A stretch of 61,709 bases of DNA, taken from positions 1 through 61,709 of the forward strand of contig JBBIGR010000031.1 of the NCBI GenBank assembly GCA_037447435.1. The letters run 5' to 3'. Below, piece by piece: positions 1 to 10,940 of this stretch (position 1 is the first letter of the stretch; every line of letters begins with the position of its first letter). A program made the translations under genes and the position numbers. Origin of the DNA: Fibrobacteria bacterium (GTDB lineage Bacteria; Fibrobacterota; Chitinivibrionia; Chitinivibrionales; FEN-1185). Under the pieces are notes generated by a model, which did no database searches, was not told the origin of the DNA, and saw only the letters and a list, made by a program, of their open reading frames with translations.

Positions 1-972
1 AACAGGGTGCCGGATCAAACAATAATCAGGTGCCGAATGGGGCAATATTATGCAGGTAATGGTGTCTCCATTTTTATTTTTCACAAAACATTTATATTCA
101 CCCGAATCGGAAAACGCAAGCTTTCCTATTACCAAATTAAAGCTGGTTTGTCCAGAAATTTCCGAAGAACCGTGAAACCATTTATAAATAAATGGCGTAT
201 CTCCAATTGCTGTGACGGCAAAAACCATTGATGAATCTAATAGCTTTGAATCTGAAATCGGTGAAATAGCCGCTAAAAGCTGCTTTTTTGCAATTAAAGT
301 AAATGTTGATTGAGAAGTTCTGATTGTATCGCCCCATTTATCCGATACAAGGCATGTATAAACACCTGTATCAGCAATTGAAAACTTTGTTCTTATGAAC
401 ATGACATTAGTATCATTTCTTAGTGGTAATGTATCATGATACCAAAGATATGAAAAGGGCGCATCTCCACCAGAAATTTCTACGGTGATTGTAGACATAG
501 AATCAATTGTAGCAATTTGATGTATTGGTTTGATAAATAAATCAAATGATTTCGGCAAAATAGTTATATCACCGGTCACTTTCCGGTTGTCGCCATTTGG
601 AAGAAATGCAATTGCAGAAAAAACCCAATTTCCAGTTTTCGAAAAGGAAAAGGAGCACCATAAAGTATCTCTTGTTAAATCTGATTTATTAAATTTGTAT
701 ATAGAATCTTTATTGTTTTTATATTTTTTGATTGTGACATAAACAGAATCTACCAAGTTTGCTAAAGATAATATCGGTCCAATTTGAATTGTACTTCCAA
801 TGGAATCGGTAATGGAAGAAGTATTCATTGGTAAACCTTTTGCATTCTTAAGAGCAATACCAATTTGAACATTGTTATAATCTTCGAAAGGATTCGTTGT
901 GTTTATACATGAAAATAAAAAGATTGAGGTTGTAATTAGAAATAAAAATAAGCAAAATATTCTTGTTAACAT
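1..972 (-). CDS. Lipoprotein with tandem immunoglobulin (I-set-like) domains; 3'-partial, runs off the window edge
   Basis: Hand translation from ATG at 972 (AGGGAG RBS upstream) is open to position 1. N-terminus MLTRIFCLFLFLITTSIFLFSC ends in a lipobox Cys. Two Ig units: PFSYLWYH...DTGVYTCLVSDKWGDT and PFIYKWFH...DSGEYKCFVKNKNGDT. Absent from the ORF track because there is no stop inside the window. Confidence 0.85.
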   Translation of the reverse strand, partial: MLTRIFCLFLFLITTSIFLFSCINTTNPFEDYNNVQIGIALKNAKGLPMNTSSITDSIGSTIQIGPILSLANLVDSVYVTIKKYKNNKDSIYKFNKSDLTRDTLWCSFSFSKTGNWVFSAIAFLPNGDNRKVTGDITILPKSFDLFIKPIHQIATIDSMSTITVEISGGDAPFSYLWYHDTLPLRNDTNVMFIRTKFSIADTGVYTCLVSDKWGDTIRTSQSTFTLIAKKQLLAAISPISDSKLLDSSMVFAVTAIGDTPFIYKWFHGSSEISGQTSFNLVIGKLAFSDSGEYKCFVKNKNGDTITCIILPHSAPDYCLIRHPV

Positions 973-1154
973 AAAAAACTCCCTTGTAAGGATTTTATTC
1001 AATTGTGATATTTAGTTAAAATAAATTTGGAAATTTCACTTATGTGTGATAACGATCACAAAACGAAGAATAATGCTAAAAAGTCTTTAATAAAATGAAG
1101 AGCGATTGGTAAAATATTTAAATCAGCTATTTTAATTCTGCGGTATTAAATTAA

Positions 1155-1188
1155 AATGGTCGAAATCTCGTAAAAGATTCCGACCATT
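1155..1188 (-). terminator. Intrinsic terminator downstream of the GH9 gene
   Basis: Minus strand AATGGTCGGAATCT-TTTACG-AGATTTCGACCATT hairpin followed by a T-rich tail, about 20 nt after the GH9 stop. Confidence 0.6.
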
Positions 1189-1207
1189 CCGGCTAATTTT
1201 TAGACAA

Positions 1208-3262
1208 TTACTGCAAATTTACCCTGTAAGAATTCCCGTTTCCAACGGAAACACAGTACACGCCTCGCGACAGTTTTGGCAAGGAAAATGCGGCAGAATT
1301 CTTACCTTGCGGAACAACCCAATGTGCCAGATTTTTACCATTGACAGTATACAAAGAAATTGGGGTTGATTCAGAAAGTCTATTTGAAAAGCTGAAGGAA
1401 AGCATTTTTTTTGCAATAAATATTTTTAAACCTGAAATTGTCTGATGAGATTTTGACTCGGATATATTCGATACTGATGAAACCGGTTGAACCATGGATG
1501 CAACAGCAGCCAGCATTCGTATTGCATGAGGAATCCATTGTTCCATTGAACGCCATGTATCGCCATTTGTGATATATTCGATGCCAGATCCATCGCCATT
1601 ACCGGCTTTGCCGGTTATACCGTTAGAAATTCCACCTTTTGTAGATGTATGCCCAAAGCATGCGCTCGTTACCGGGGGATAATTCTTACCAAAACCGTAC
1701 ATAAAGCACATTGAATAGGGGTTGCAACCTAAAACCCAGTTGATTTGCTGTGAGGCATATTCTGCGAGAGAATCTTTAATTCCCCATCCGTTGGTGCTTG
1801 TATTATCCGATGGATAAACAAGCCTGCCGCCAAGAATTGCTGCGGTAGCAAGTGATCCCAGTCTTGCATTTTCACCCTGCCACCACCAGCCGGTTTCATT
1901 TGTTTGCGGAATGAAAAAGCCTTCTTTGATTGCATTATTATAGGCAAAACTTTGCCGGGCATATCCAAAAGGATTTTGAACTTTATTAGTGATACTGAGC
2001 TGATAATCAAGGTTCTTTTTGATGGTGGCCAGAGCTGCGGCCCGGTTTGTTGCATCGGTTTCTTTGTCGAGATACCGAACTAAGGCCCAAATTGGAAGCC
2101 CTGCATCGCAAGCGCTCCAAAAGGGTCTCGTGCCGTTATCGGCAATAAAATATCCGGCAGACGACATGCGGGCATTAAGATTTTGGGCGCGTTTTCTTGC
2201 ATCGTCACGATAGCCGGTGCTGTCTGTCGCAATCCAAAGTTCGGTAGCAGCCATAAGCGCGCAATAATCATCAATAATATTTTCCTTGCCGTCGTAAAGA
2301 TAGGTCGTATTATTTGCAACTAAATGCGCATAGCCGCGTTTTGCACCGTCAAGATAGTTTTGATAGGTGAATATTCCATTTTTTTTCAATTGAGAAATAC
2401 GTGCAAGAGCGGCAATGCACATTCCGCCTCCTGCGCGGAAAGAACATTGCCATCTATTATCTTCTGCGCTATTGGCAAGTAAACCGCAAATCCTTCGTTT
2501 TGAGGTTGTGCAACTTAGAGAATCGAAAACTACCATATAAAAGAATCCTTGGGGAGATAAAATTCTGTATAAATAATCTGCTCCCCAAACAGCTTCGGCC
2601 CTCATGGTATCTCTTATTCCAAGCGTATTAAGAAGATCGGGAACTCGTTCCGTCGCGTCGCACAATTCCCATGCATGCATCGGTATTTGTTGGGGAGAAA
2701 AGAAATTTGCATAATTCAAATGAGAAACATATTTACTGGAATTACCCGCATCGTCGCCCCAACCTCCACGCAAATTTACTGTTTGGGAACTATTATACAA
2801 CCTATCTGTGGAGTCAATTGACCATTCAGTTGCCGTATTTGCCCGTTGATTATTTATATACTTTAAAATCCATGGCATGGTTTGTTTTGCCAAAGCATTA
2901 TCATCCACCACAAAAGCTTCGGAGGAACACTGTGTCCCGCTTACGGTTGCGCTTACTTTGAATGTACCGGTGCCTTTAAAGGCGGAAAAATTGGCCTTGT
3001 AATACGTTTTACCGGTATTCCAGTCGGAAACGGTCAAAGGACCGCGAAGCGTGTCGGTATATACAACTGCCGAAGTCGATGAATTGATAACATTGAACAG
3101 GGTAGTACCGCTTAATTGGGCATCGGCTTGGAGAACGGCGACTTTTGCGCCTCTGGTGTCGTAAGCGACTTGATTGCTGTAAAAAACCGGTGCGCCGATC
3201 ACCATGGAAGCGGTTACAAAGAGGAAAAGAAAACCACGAATGTCACAGAACTTTTTCTGCAT
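1208..3262 (-). CDS. Secreted glycoside hydrolase family 9 (exo-beta-glucosaminidase/chitobiase-like clade) with N-terminal Ig domain and C-terminal sorting-type domain
   Basis: Signal peptide; NQVAY..GAKVAVL Ig-domain start; GGWGDDAGNSSKYVSHLNYANFFSPQQIP, WWWQGENARLGSLA and WRSMEQWIPH resemble Vibrionaceae GH9 glucosaminidases; C-terminal ISLYTVNGK...LSRGVYCV. Confidence 0.85.
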   Translation of the reverse strand: MQKKFCDIRGFLFLFVTASMVIGAPVFYSNQVAYDTRGAKVAVLQADAQLSGTTLFNVINSSTSAVVYTDTLRGPLTVSDWNTGKTYYKANFSAFKGTGTFKVSATVSGTQCSSEAFVVDDNALAKQTMPWILKYINNQRANTATEWSIDSTDRLYNSSQTVNLRGGWGDDAGNSSKYVSHLNYANFFSPQQIPMHAWELCDATERVPDLLNTLGIRDTMRAEAVWGADYLYRILSPQGFFYMVVFDSLSCTTSKRRICGLLANSAEDNRWQCSFRAGGGMCIAALARISQLKKNGIFTYQNYLDGAKRGYAHLVANNTTYLYDGKENIIDDYCALMAATELWIATDSTGYRDDARKRAQNLNARMSSAGYFIADNGTRPFWSACDAGLPIWALVRYLDKETDATNRAAALATIKKNLDYQLSITNKVQNPFGYARQSFAYNNAIKEGFFIPQTNETGWWWQGENARLGSLATAAILGGRLVYPSDNTSTNGWGIKDSLAEYASQQINWVLGCNPYSMCFMYGFGKNYPPVTSACFGHTSTKGGISNGITGKAGNGDGSGIEYITNGDTWRSMEQWIPHAIRMLAAVASMVQPVSSVSNISESKSHQTISGLKIFIAKKMLSFSFSNRLSESTPISLYTVNGKNLAHWVVPQGKNSAAFSLPKLSRGVYCVSVGNGNSYRVNLQ

Positions 3263-3515
3263 GAATACCCCCCCTAGACAAGTTAAAAAAAATCAAGGTT
3301 TGTAAAGTTTTACGGATTACCGACAAAAGTTCATCAAGGAATAGCAAGCGAAAACGATCGAGATATTATGTGCCGCATATCAAAAACTAAATTCCTTGGG
3401 CAGAGAATTTAAAATGGCTTAAACCCGTTTCTATTCCAAAATATAAGGTTGTATATATAAGTATGCTTGGAAAAAGTCGAATTGCCGAAAAAAGTGTATA
3501 CATTACGTGTATAGT

Positions 3516-6500
3516 TTAAGATGCCACCGAAATATCGGGGAGAGTTTCTTTCACAAAAGAATTGAGGCGTTCAAAAGCTTTTTCGACTGAAATCAATAAA
3601 GTTTTTGCATCGTCTTTTATCGAAACTTCAAGTGCAAATTCAAGTTTTTTGGCTTCTTCGCTCAATTCCGCCGCACAAACGTTTCGCGCGCCTCCTTTGA
3701 TACTATGGGCAAGGCGATTGGCTTCTTTTGTTTCTCCGTTGGTTAATGCGTTGTGAATATTCTCCAAGTCCTTTGGAACAATTTCCATAAAACCGGTAAG
3801 AATTTTAATTGCAATTGTGCGGTTGCCGCCCATCCTTTCAACATAAGCATTAAAATCGAGCGGAACGGACTCATTTATTTCTTTTCTGTTGGCTACAGAG
3901 TCGAATTGTTCCTGCGAAACCGGACCGATCATGGAATCGGCCAAAACGATAAGGGCTTTTTCCCAGTCTACCGGTTTGCTGATGACGCCGTTCATTCCTG
4001 CAGCAAGGCATTTGTCCCGGTCCGAAGCAAAAGCATATGCAGTCATGCCCACTATCGGTACGTTTTTGCCGTTTTCAAGATCGCGTATTGTTTTTGATGC
4101 GGTTAACCCGTCCATAACGGGCATTTGGACATCCATGATTATCAGATCGAATTTTTGTTCCTGTACAAACGAAACCGCGTCCATTCCATTTTCGGCCGTT
4201 GTCACGATAGCATTGACATTGTGCAAAAAGAACAAGGCTATTTCCCTGTTCGGGGGATAATCTTCAACCAAAAGAATTTGCTTGTTAAGGAACTTTTTTG
4301 AATCGAGGTCTGCCGATTGAATGCTTGCCTGATACGATTCCGGCGCACGTTCAAGAGGGATTTCGAACCAGAATGTCGAACCTTCACCTTCTTTGGTAAT
4401 GACGTCCATTTCACCGTTCATGAGTTGCACCAGCTTTAATGAAATGGTGGTGCCCAGCCCGGTTCCGCCGAATTTCCTGGTAATCGATGCGTCGGCTTGT
4501 TCAAACGGATTGAACACTTTTTTTGTGATTTCCGGAGCCATTCCGGGGCCCGTATCGGTGACGCAGAATCGTAATCTCCCTTCCTTATGCCCCGGCTTGA
4601 CCTTCACGATAACCGAGCCGCGTTCGGTGAATTTGATCGCATTGCCGATTAAATTGACAAGGACCTGACGCAGCTTTGTCGAATCGCCGACAATATCGGA
4701 AGGAATCCGGTCGTCATAGCTGACCGCGAATTCCAGGTCTTTCTGACGGGCCTGGGCTCCGTAATTTGAAATCAGTTCTTCCATTAAATTTTTAAGTGAA
4801 AAGGGCCGCTTATCAAGCTCCATTTTTCCGGCTTCTATTTTTGATATATCAAGAAGATTGTTAAGCAATTCCAAAAGTCTTTTTGATTCGGTCCGAATGC
4901 TTTGTGCGACATGCTGATGTTTGGTAGGGTCCTGCATGACGGAGAGCATTTCCGAAAAACCGATGATCGCGTTTAAAGGGGTCCTGATTTCATGGCTCAT
5001 ATTTGCCAAAAAATCGCTTTTTGCCTCATTCGCCGATTCGGCGGCTTTTCGGGCATCCAGCAATTGAACATTGGTCGTCACCAATTCCTTTGTTCGTTGC
5101 CTGACTTTTTCTTCCATTTCGGTATATGCTGCTTGTAAATCGATTTCGGCGTTTTTTCGTTCTATATACGAGGCGGCGATGGCAGTCATTTCCTCACCGA
5201 TCCGTTCGACCATGGCCTGATCGCTTTCCGACTGAGGGCGGTTTGTGCAAAACTCGAAAGAAAAATAGCCGAAAAATTTGTCGCTGACGTATAACGGGAT
5301 GCAATAGGCGAGCTCGTTTTTTGTTTGCATTTTGAGCTCTTCAATCAACGGACCTATTGCTTCAAGTTCTTCCTTAGAAAACATTTTGCTGATAGTTTCG
5401 GTAGATATTAATTGGCATTTTTTCGGAAGCAGCAACTCCATAGTGCTGAACGGTATTACCAGGTTGGCCATCGATTGAATATGCGGTTTATGCCATTGTG
5501 CCCTGCAGCGGAACAAAAGATCCGTTGCATTGTAGGCCATAAACGTCGCCCGATCGAAATCAAGGAATTCGCCGGAGATTTTCAGCATGTTTTGAATGAA
5601 ATCAAGTACGCCGGATTTTTTGTTTGATGCGAGTTTCCAGATATCCGCACGCAAATGATTGAGCTTATTATCGAAAACGATTCTTTTTTCCGCAGCTTCT
5701 TTATCGGCGAAAATCGCATCGAAGTCATGCTTGATAAAAGAAATCGATTCAAACAACGACGACAACGGGTGGTTGGAGGGGAATTCGATCGACGTGTTTT
5801 CCAAACCGGCTTTGTCCCAGTTTATCGATGCCAGGAATTTGAGCAATTCTTCGATATCGGTTTTTGCACAAGACACATAATCATCGGTTTTTTCACTGAT
5901 CAAGCCCTGCTTGAGAAACTGTTCCCTTTTATTGCGTAAAATTTCAACGGATTCGTTTAAGTCGCGTGCCGTAAGAATAGACATTTCCAGCACCGGTCGT
6001 AATAATTGCAATATCGGTTTTATTAATGCGGTAACGCCGAATGCGACAATGCCGTAACAAGGATGCGTTTTGCTTAAATTCTTGAGGCCGTCCGAATAAT
6101 TTTTCAAACCTTTATACGAACTTTTATGTAAACGTGACCAATTCATGATTCGTCCATAGCAATTGGACTGTTTGGTCATTTGTTCAAAAATCCGGCGATT
6201 CACATCGAGCATTCCCTGAACATATTCATCTTTAAATACGCCGATAGGTTCGATATAAAGGATGTCGGGATCAATAATACGGAAAACGGCTTTAAATCCC
6301 TTTTGTTCATATACAAGCTCCATGCTTGAATCCGCAGTAAATTGCGTTGGCAAGAATGTTTTTGCACGGGATTCGCAAATGCTCTTTGCACGTGCAATCG
6401 CCATTTCCCGGGTTTTGACATGCTCAAAAAGAAATTTTGCTTTTTTTAGCAGTTCCGAGACCGCAAAAACGATTCGTACGGGAGGGGATGCATGACAGGT

Positions 6501-7334
6501 AATGAAATTTATCATTCTGCCGCGCAACTGTTCCTTGACCATCAAACGATAGAAGTCCTGCCTGCCGTTTGTGCTCAATTTTCCGGTAATTTTGCTGTAG
6601 TCTTTGATTTCGATATACCAGGTTTCCCATAAACCGTGTTCTTTCAAGAACATTTCCCTGAATTCGATAAGCCGCTTCATGCCGTTCATACCGGAATTGC
6701 CGATCGGCGTATTGATGAAAATATTATTGTCTATCAATTCGAACGTCGCGCGGTATCCTTCACCTAAATCAATATTTTCCCATTTCGACGAGGGAGGAAT
6801 AACGTTACCGGTGGAAGTATAGAAAACCGTGGAAGGCGGAGGGTCGGGAATTTTTGAATTCCAGCCGACTTGTATCGTTTTCGAAACCGCTTCATGATAG
6901 TTTGAAAAGATTTCAACATCATACGGGACGATTTGCGTACGCATCGACAGTTTTACCGTCAGCATGAAAAAAGGGGAGAGCCCGCAAAATACGAGTTTAT
7001 CGAGTTCGTCGATGGATTTTATAAAATTGATATAATTGAAAATTGCCTGCAGAGACGCACCGCGATGTCTGGCGTAATCGTTGATAAGCGTGACCTGAAA
7101 TCCTTGTTCGGCTAAGGAAGAAAAATAGGGGCCTAAAAAGTCAAAATATATTTTTTGCAGTCTTAAATTTGTAAACCCAACCGCCTGTTCTATTAAAATG
7201 CCGTTGCCTAACGAGTATAAGTTGAGCTGATATTGTTTTTCGTTTCCTGCGGGGGGCGGAGCGGTATAAATAAGCTTCAACGGTAAACCGCTTACCGGGC
7301 ATGTTTTATGTAAAGTCAAATCTATAATCGGCAT
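3516..7334 (-). CDS. Soluble hybrid sensor histidine kinase (repeated N-terminal sensor units, GAF, HisKA, HATPase, REC, Hpt)
   Basis: [15 protein letters not shown]-box; [15 protein letters not shown] and GGTGLG boxes; LLVED...IIMDVQMP...SKP receiver; AHSIKGGA Hpt motif. Confidence 0.95.
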   Translation of the reverse strand: MPIIDLTLHKTCPVSGLPLKLIYTAPPPAGNEKQYQLNLYSLGNGILIEQAVGFTNLRLQKIYFDFLGPYFSSLAEQGFQVTLINDYARHRGASLQAIFNYINFIKSIDELDKLVFCGLSPFFMLTVKLSMRTQIVPYDVEIFSNYHEAVSKTIQVGWNSKIPDPPPSTVFYTSTGNVIPPSSKWENIDLGEGYRATFELIDNNIFINTPIGNSGMNGMKRLIEFREMFLKEHGLWETWYIEIKDYSKITGKLSTNGRQDFYRLMVKEQLRGRMINFITCHASPPVRIVFAVSELLKKAKFLFEHVKTREMAIARAKSICESRAKTFLPTQFTADSSMELVYEQKGFKAVFRIIDPDILYIEPIGVFKDEYVQGMLDVNRRIFEQMTKQSNCYGRIMNWSRLHKSSYKGLKNYSDGLKNLSKTHPCYGIVAFGVTALIKPILQLLRPVLEMSILTARDLNESVEILRNKREQFLKQGLISEKTDDYVSCAKTDIEELLKFLASINWDKAGLENTSIEFPSNHPLSSLFESISFIKHDFDAIFADKEAAEKRIVFDNKLNHLRADIWKLASNKKSGVLDFIQNMLKISGEFLDFDRATFMAYNATDLLFRCRAQWHKPHIQSMANLVIPFSTMELLLPKKCQLISTETISKMFSKEELEAIGPLIEELKMQTKNELAYCIPLYVSDKFFGYFSFEFCTNRPQSESDQAMVERIGEEMTAIAASYIERKNAEIDLQAAYTEMEEKVRQRTKELVTTNVQLLDARKAAESANEAKSDFLANMSHEIRTPLNAIIGFSEMLSVMQDPTKHQHVAQSIRTESKRLLELLNNLLDISKIEAGKMELDKRPFSLKNLMEELISNYGAQARQKDLEFAVSYDDRIPSDIVGDSTKLRQVLVNLIGNAIKFTERGSVIVKVKPGHKEGRLRFCVTDTGPGMAPEITKKVFNPFEQADASITRKFGGTGLGTTISLKLVQLMNGEMDVITKEGEGSTFWFEIPLERAPESYQASIQSADLDSKKFLNKQILLVEDYPPNREIALFFLHNVNAIVTTAENGMDAVSFVQEQKFDLIIMDVQMPVMDGLTASKTIRDLENGKNVPIVGMTAYAFASDRDKCLAAGMNGVISKPVDWEKALIVLADSMIGPVSQEQFDSVANRKEINESVPLDFNAYVERMGGNRTIAIKILTGFMEIVPKDLENIHNALTNGETKEANRLAHSIKGGARNVCAAELSEEAKKLEFALEVSIKDDAKTLLISVEKAFERLNSFVKETLPDISVAS

Positions 7335-7356
7335 GGTATGGTGAAACGGTCCGGCT

Positions 7357-7749
7357 TTAAATCAGCTTGTGTTTTTTTAATTGCGCAAGAAGACGAACGT
7401 TTTCCACCGGTTTTGAAAGGTATTCGTCGCACATGTTGTAAAATGATTTCAACACGCTTTTAGGATCGGTTATTGCGGTGGTCATGAATATTTTGACATG
7501 CTGGTTAGCAGCAAGGCCGAAATCGTCTTCTTTCTCCCTGATTTTTTTAAGCAATTCATTGCCGTCCATTCCCGGCATTTTAACGTCGAGGCAAATAAGC
7601 GAATACGGTTTTTTTTCACTATGCGCCGATTCAAACGCTACAAGCGCTTCTTCACCGTTAACGGCAACATCGCATTGCCCATGTTCTTCCAAAAAATATT
7701 TTAGCTGCATTCGACTGGTAAACTCATCCTCAACAATTAGGCTTCTCAT
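7357..7749 (-). CDS. Single-domain CheY-like response regulator
   Basis: [26 protein letters not shown] motifs. Confidence 0.95.
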   Translation of the reverse strand: MRSLIVEDEFTSRMQLKYFLEEHGQCDVAVNGEEALVAFESAHSEKKPYSLICLDVKMPGMDGNELLKKIREKEDDFGLAANQHVKIFMTTAITDPKSVLKSFYNMCDEYLSKPVENVRLLAQLKKHKLI

Positions 7750-7796
7750 GGAAATTCCCCTTATAAAATAAGAACGATCGAGTTCGCATGTGAACT

Positions 7797-7826
7797 ATTA
7801 TACACCTAATTGAATGCAAAGGTCAA
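7797..7826 (-). promoter_or_regulatory. Putative sigma70 promoter for the REC/hybrid kinase operon
   Basis: Minus strand TTGACC-N18-TATAAT about 50 nt upstream of the ATG at 7749. Confidence 0.55.
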
Positions 7827-7863
7827 GGTAATAAAAAGCAAGTAAAAAGGAGAAAAACCGTTT

Positions 7864-8556
7864 TTACGGAACTTTGTTAAGACGAAGAATTTCGACGCAA
7901 GTTTTTCCGTGATTGACATGGGCGGTTTTAACCGTGGTCATATTCAACCCCGAGGAAACTGCCGCTTTTTTAAAACCGCTCCACCAATTCCTGCAAGGGT
8001 CGGCTATCAGCGCAAAACCGCCGGGTTTTAACCCACCATTGATAAAATTAATGATCGGATCAATCCATCTTTGTTCGTACAAAATGTCGGAAGCTATAAT
8101 CGCATCAAATCGTATGGAAAAAGGCATTGTCCGCCAATCAAAGCATACAACCTTTTTTCTTTCCGCATTTTGTTTAATGTTCGCTGCGGCATATTTGCAC
8201 GAGTCTAATGAAATATCGGTTGCGATCGTAGTAATGCCTTTTAAAGATAAAAGCGCCGTCATGATACCGAGTCCGCATCCCAATTCACAAACCAGGGAAT
8301 CATTTGCAAATATCATTTGATGTTGAGTATCAAGAAATTCCAGCAAAGGCAAACAAGCCGGCCATTGTTGGGCCCAATAGGGCAAGAACTTGTCTTTTTC
8401 ATATTGTTCGTTACTTAAGGCGTCGAGAACTTCCTCGGGATCCTTCGGTCTTATTATCGATAATGAAACGGAACGAAGGTTCAGTGAATCGTGTGCGTGG
8501 GAAAAAGGAAGGTCATTACAGTGATTGCCGCATATTTTAGATTGACCCGGGATCAT
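7864..8556 (-). CDS. Class I SAM-dependent methyltransferase (lysine methyltransferase family 16-like)
   Basis: PYWAQQWPA, VCELGCGLG (motif I), IIASDILYE. Start moved to Met33 (8556) of the tracked ORF to avoid overlap with the divergent HD-GYP gene. Confidence 0.8.
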   Translation of the reverse strand: MIPGQSKICGNHCNDLPFSHAHDSLNLRSVSLSIIRPKDPEEVLDALSNEQYEKDKFLPYWAQQWPACLPLLEFLDTQHQMIFANDSLVCELGCGLGIMTALLSLKGITTIATDISLDSCKYAAANIKQNAERKKVVCFDWRTMPFSIRFDAIIASDILYEQRWIDPIINFINGGLKPGGFALIADPCRNWWSGFKKAAVSSGLNMTTVKTAHVNHGKTCVEILRLNKVP

Positions 8557-8628
8557 TTTTATCGGTATAATCAAGTATGATTTCCTTTGCACTGATTTTT
8601 GTTTAGGAAGCAAGTAATGAACGGTTTC

Positions 8629-9825
8629 ATGAAGAAAATTAAAATAGACCAACTCAAAGTAGGGATGTTTGTTGAAGACGTCCTTAACGCAAGGGATGTT
8701 CTTGTTCTATCTGCAAACAGCCTGATATGGGACCAGTCGCAAATCGATGCTCTTAAACGTCAAGGAGTGCAGTCGCTTTTTATCAATACCGAAAAGGGGA
8801 GGGACATTCTTGTAGACGAAAAGCCCTTAGCGCCGGTAACGATCGATCCTAAAAAACGTGAAGACGACTATTATAAAGAACTCGAAAAGGCCAGGGTCGT
8901 GCATAGGCAAACCCTGGAAACGGCCCGTGAAGTGCTTGACTCAATTAAAAAAGGTGTCACTTTTTCAATGGAAAAAGTCGAAAAAGCGGCGGAAAATGTC
9001 GTCGACAGCATACAAAGAAATCCCGACACGCTTATTAGTTTAAGTCAGTTAAAAGGGTATGATGAATACACCTATACCCATTCGGTCGGAGTTTCGATCC
9101 TCGTTGCTTCGTTGGCAAATTCAATGGGCTATAGCGGCGAGTTGCTGGTGCAAGCCGGTATCGGCGGTTTGCTTCATGATATAGGCAAAATGCGCGTTCC
9201 GGAAAGCATCCTCAATAAGCCGGGCAAATATAATGATCTGGAATTTAAAATAATGAAAAAACATCCGGAACACGGATTGGATATTGTAAAGGACAAAAAG
9301 AAATTCTCGGATATTTCCAGGACAATTATTATTCAACATCACGAGCGATATAACGGCCGCGGATATCCTTACGGACTAAAAGATAATCAAATTGCGGAAG
9401 TCGGTCTTATTGCCGCCGTTGCGGATGTCTATGACGCATTGACCTCAAACAGAGTCTATCGAGCGGCATGGCCGCCGCAAAAAGCCTTAGCTTTAATTTT
9501 CCAAGGTGCCGATGAAGACTATTCCAGGCGAATTGTAGAGTTATTTACCCAGCATTTAGGCATTTATCCTGCAGGAAGTTTTGTTCGGCTTGTGTCCGGT
9601 GCAATGGGTGTGGTAACCAGAGTGGATAGAGGAAATCTGCTTGCTCCGACAATGGTCGTTTTATTCGACGAATCCGGGAAACGGCTGGAAAAACCGTATG
9701 AATGTGAATTGGCCGAAAAGCAAAAAGGGGTAGACGGCAAGAATTATCATGTGCAAATATCCTTGAACCCAAAAGCCTATCGGGTCGACGTTGGTGCGTA
9801 TCTTTCCGAGAAAGCGTTCGATTAA
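8629..9825 (+). CDS. HD-GYP c-di-GMP phosphodiesterase with N-terminal DUF3391-like domain
   Basis: KIKIDQLKVGMFV N-terminus; YTYTHSVGV, LLHDIGK, HHERYNGRGYPYGL, ADVYDALTSNRVYR. Start at 8629 is uncertain (alternatives 8599, 8617). Confidence 0.92.
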   Translation: MKKIKIDQLKVGMFVEDVLNARDVLVLSANSLIWDQSQIDALKRQGVQSLFINTEKGRDILVDEKPLAPVTIDPKKREDDYYKELEKARVVHRQTLETAREVLDSIKKGVTFSMEKVEKAAENVVDSIQRNPDTLISLSQLKGYDEYTYTHSVGVSILVASLANSMGYSGELLVQAGIGGLLHDIGKMRVPESILNKPGKYNDLEFKIMKKHPEHGLDIVKDKKKFSDISRTIIIQHHERYNGRGYPYGLKDNQIAEVGLIAAVADVYDALTSNRVYRAAWPPQKALALIFQGADEDYSRRIVELFTQHLGIYPAGSFVRLVSGAMGVVTRVDRGNLLAPTMVVLFDESGKRLEKPYECELAEKQKGVDGKNYHVQISLNPKAYRVDVGAYLSEKAFD

Positions 9826-9875
9826 ATTTGTGAAAACAACAGTGCATGAATATACAACTATTGAGGAAGGTAAGC

Positions 9876-10148
9876 ATGAAAGGTAAAAATTGTAAATTAT
9901 ACGATGAAAATCTGGTCAGAAATATCATGATTTCGACGGGATTGTCTATTGTTGAATATATAAAGCATTCAAAAAGCGTCGACGCTATTGATATTTGTGA
10001 TTACATAGATCAAAATGCCGATACTATTATTGAAAATACCATCGATGAAATGAACCATGAATTTCCGGAGGATATGGAAGATCCGGGTTTTGAAGACGAT
10101 TCTCTGGACGATTTCAAAGATGACAATAAGCCCGATGGGAAAAAATAA
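9876..10148 (+). CDS. Small acidic hypothetical protein
   Basis: GAGGAAGG RBS before ATG 9876; D/E-rich C-terminus; directly follows the HD-GYP gene. Confidence 0.65.
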   Translation: MKGKNCKLYDENLVRNIMISTGLSIVEYIKHSKSVDAIDICDYIDQNADTIIENTIDEMNHEFPEDMEDPGFEDDSLDDFKDDNKPDGKK

Positions 10149-10237
10149 ACCGCATTATTTTTTTTACATTGAAGTTTTTTCATAAACTTTGTGTCATTTT
10201 TCCGCGCAAAAATTAATTTATAACTCCATTACTTGAC

Positions 10238-10321
10238 GCCGAGGTGGCGGAACTGGTAGACGCAGTGGACTCAAAATCCACCGAGGGCAACCTCATGACG
10301 GTTCGATTCCGTCCTTCGGCA
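10238..10321 (+). tRNA. tRNA-Leu (CAA)
   Basis: Acceptor stem GCCGAGG/CTTCGGC, D-loop GGAACTGGTAGAC, anticodon arm GTGGA-CTCAAAA-TCCAC, long variable arm, GTTCGATTC T-loop; CCA not encoded. Confidence 0.96.
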
Positions 10322-10325
10322 ATTC

Positions 10326-10372
10326 AAAAAAGCCTTAATTAGCGCTAAAAAAGCGGTTTTTAAGGCTTTTTT
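10326..10372 (+). terminator. Intrinsic, possibly bidirectional, terminator after tRNA-Leu
   Basis: AAAAAAGCCTTAA...TTAAGGCTTTTTT inverted repeat. Confidence 0.7.
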
Positions 10373-10499
10373 ATTTGGTTTGCATATCTTCACTAATCTT
10401 CCAAATGATACGGAATACTAGTTCCTTTCTTGCTTGCTAAATCCGCTTAACATATCTTCATTTATGTTATGTGCCCTAAACCGGGATGCATAAAATTAA

Positions 10500-10835
10500 A
10501 TGCAATGTAAAACGAGTATACTTATTTGGTGCTTCTTATTTTATTCGATATGCTATTCAAACCATGATAGTGTCTCTGTAAATTCCGCAAATTTAATTTC
10601 GATAAATAAAACAAATGCAAATGAAAATAGTTCGAAGGATAAAACGAATATTTCAAGAACAAGTGATCCTCAAACTGCAGCCCAAGATACAATCGATTAT
10701 AAACCGAAGAAATTAATTGGAGAAAAAATAGTAATTGGAGTAGGAATTTGCGCAGCATCACTTTTTGTTATCGTACTTATTTATTCGGCAATTATTTCAT
10801 CTTTTTCAGGCCATAATTCAATGAATATAATGTAA
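10500..10835 (+). CDS. Hypothetical small membrane-anchored protein
   Basis: Hydrophobic N-terminus, N/S/T/K-rich linker, C-terminal TM segment IVIGVGICAASLFVIVLIYSAII. Confidence 0.55.
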   Translation: MQCKTSILIWCFLFYSICYSNHDSVSVNSANLISINKTNANENSSKDKTNISRTSDPQTAAQDTIDYKPKKLIGEKIVIGVGICAASLFVIVLIYSAIISSFSGHNSMNIM

Positions 10836-10940
10836 AATGTTCAATCTTCTCCAATGGGCGAGCGCGAAACGGTTCGGGTTTTGCAACGATATCTTTTCAA
10901 AAAACAGTGGTGGCTTGCCCCCGAAAGCTGGGGAGCGGAA

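Noticed and set aside
7..742. Short plus-strand ORFs 7-231 and 530-742
   Set aside because: Antisense shadows of the real minus-strand Ig lipoprotein gene (1-972).
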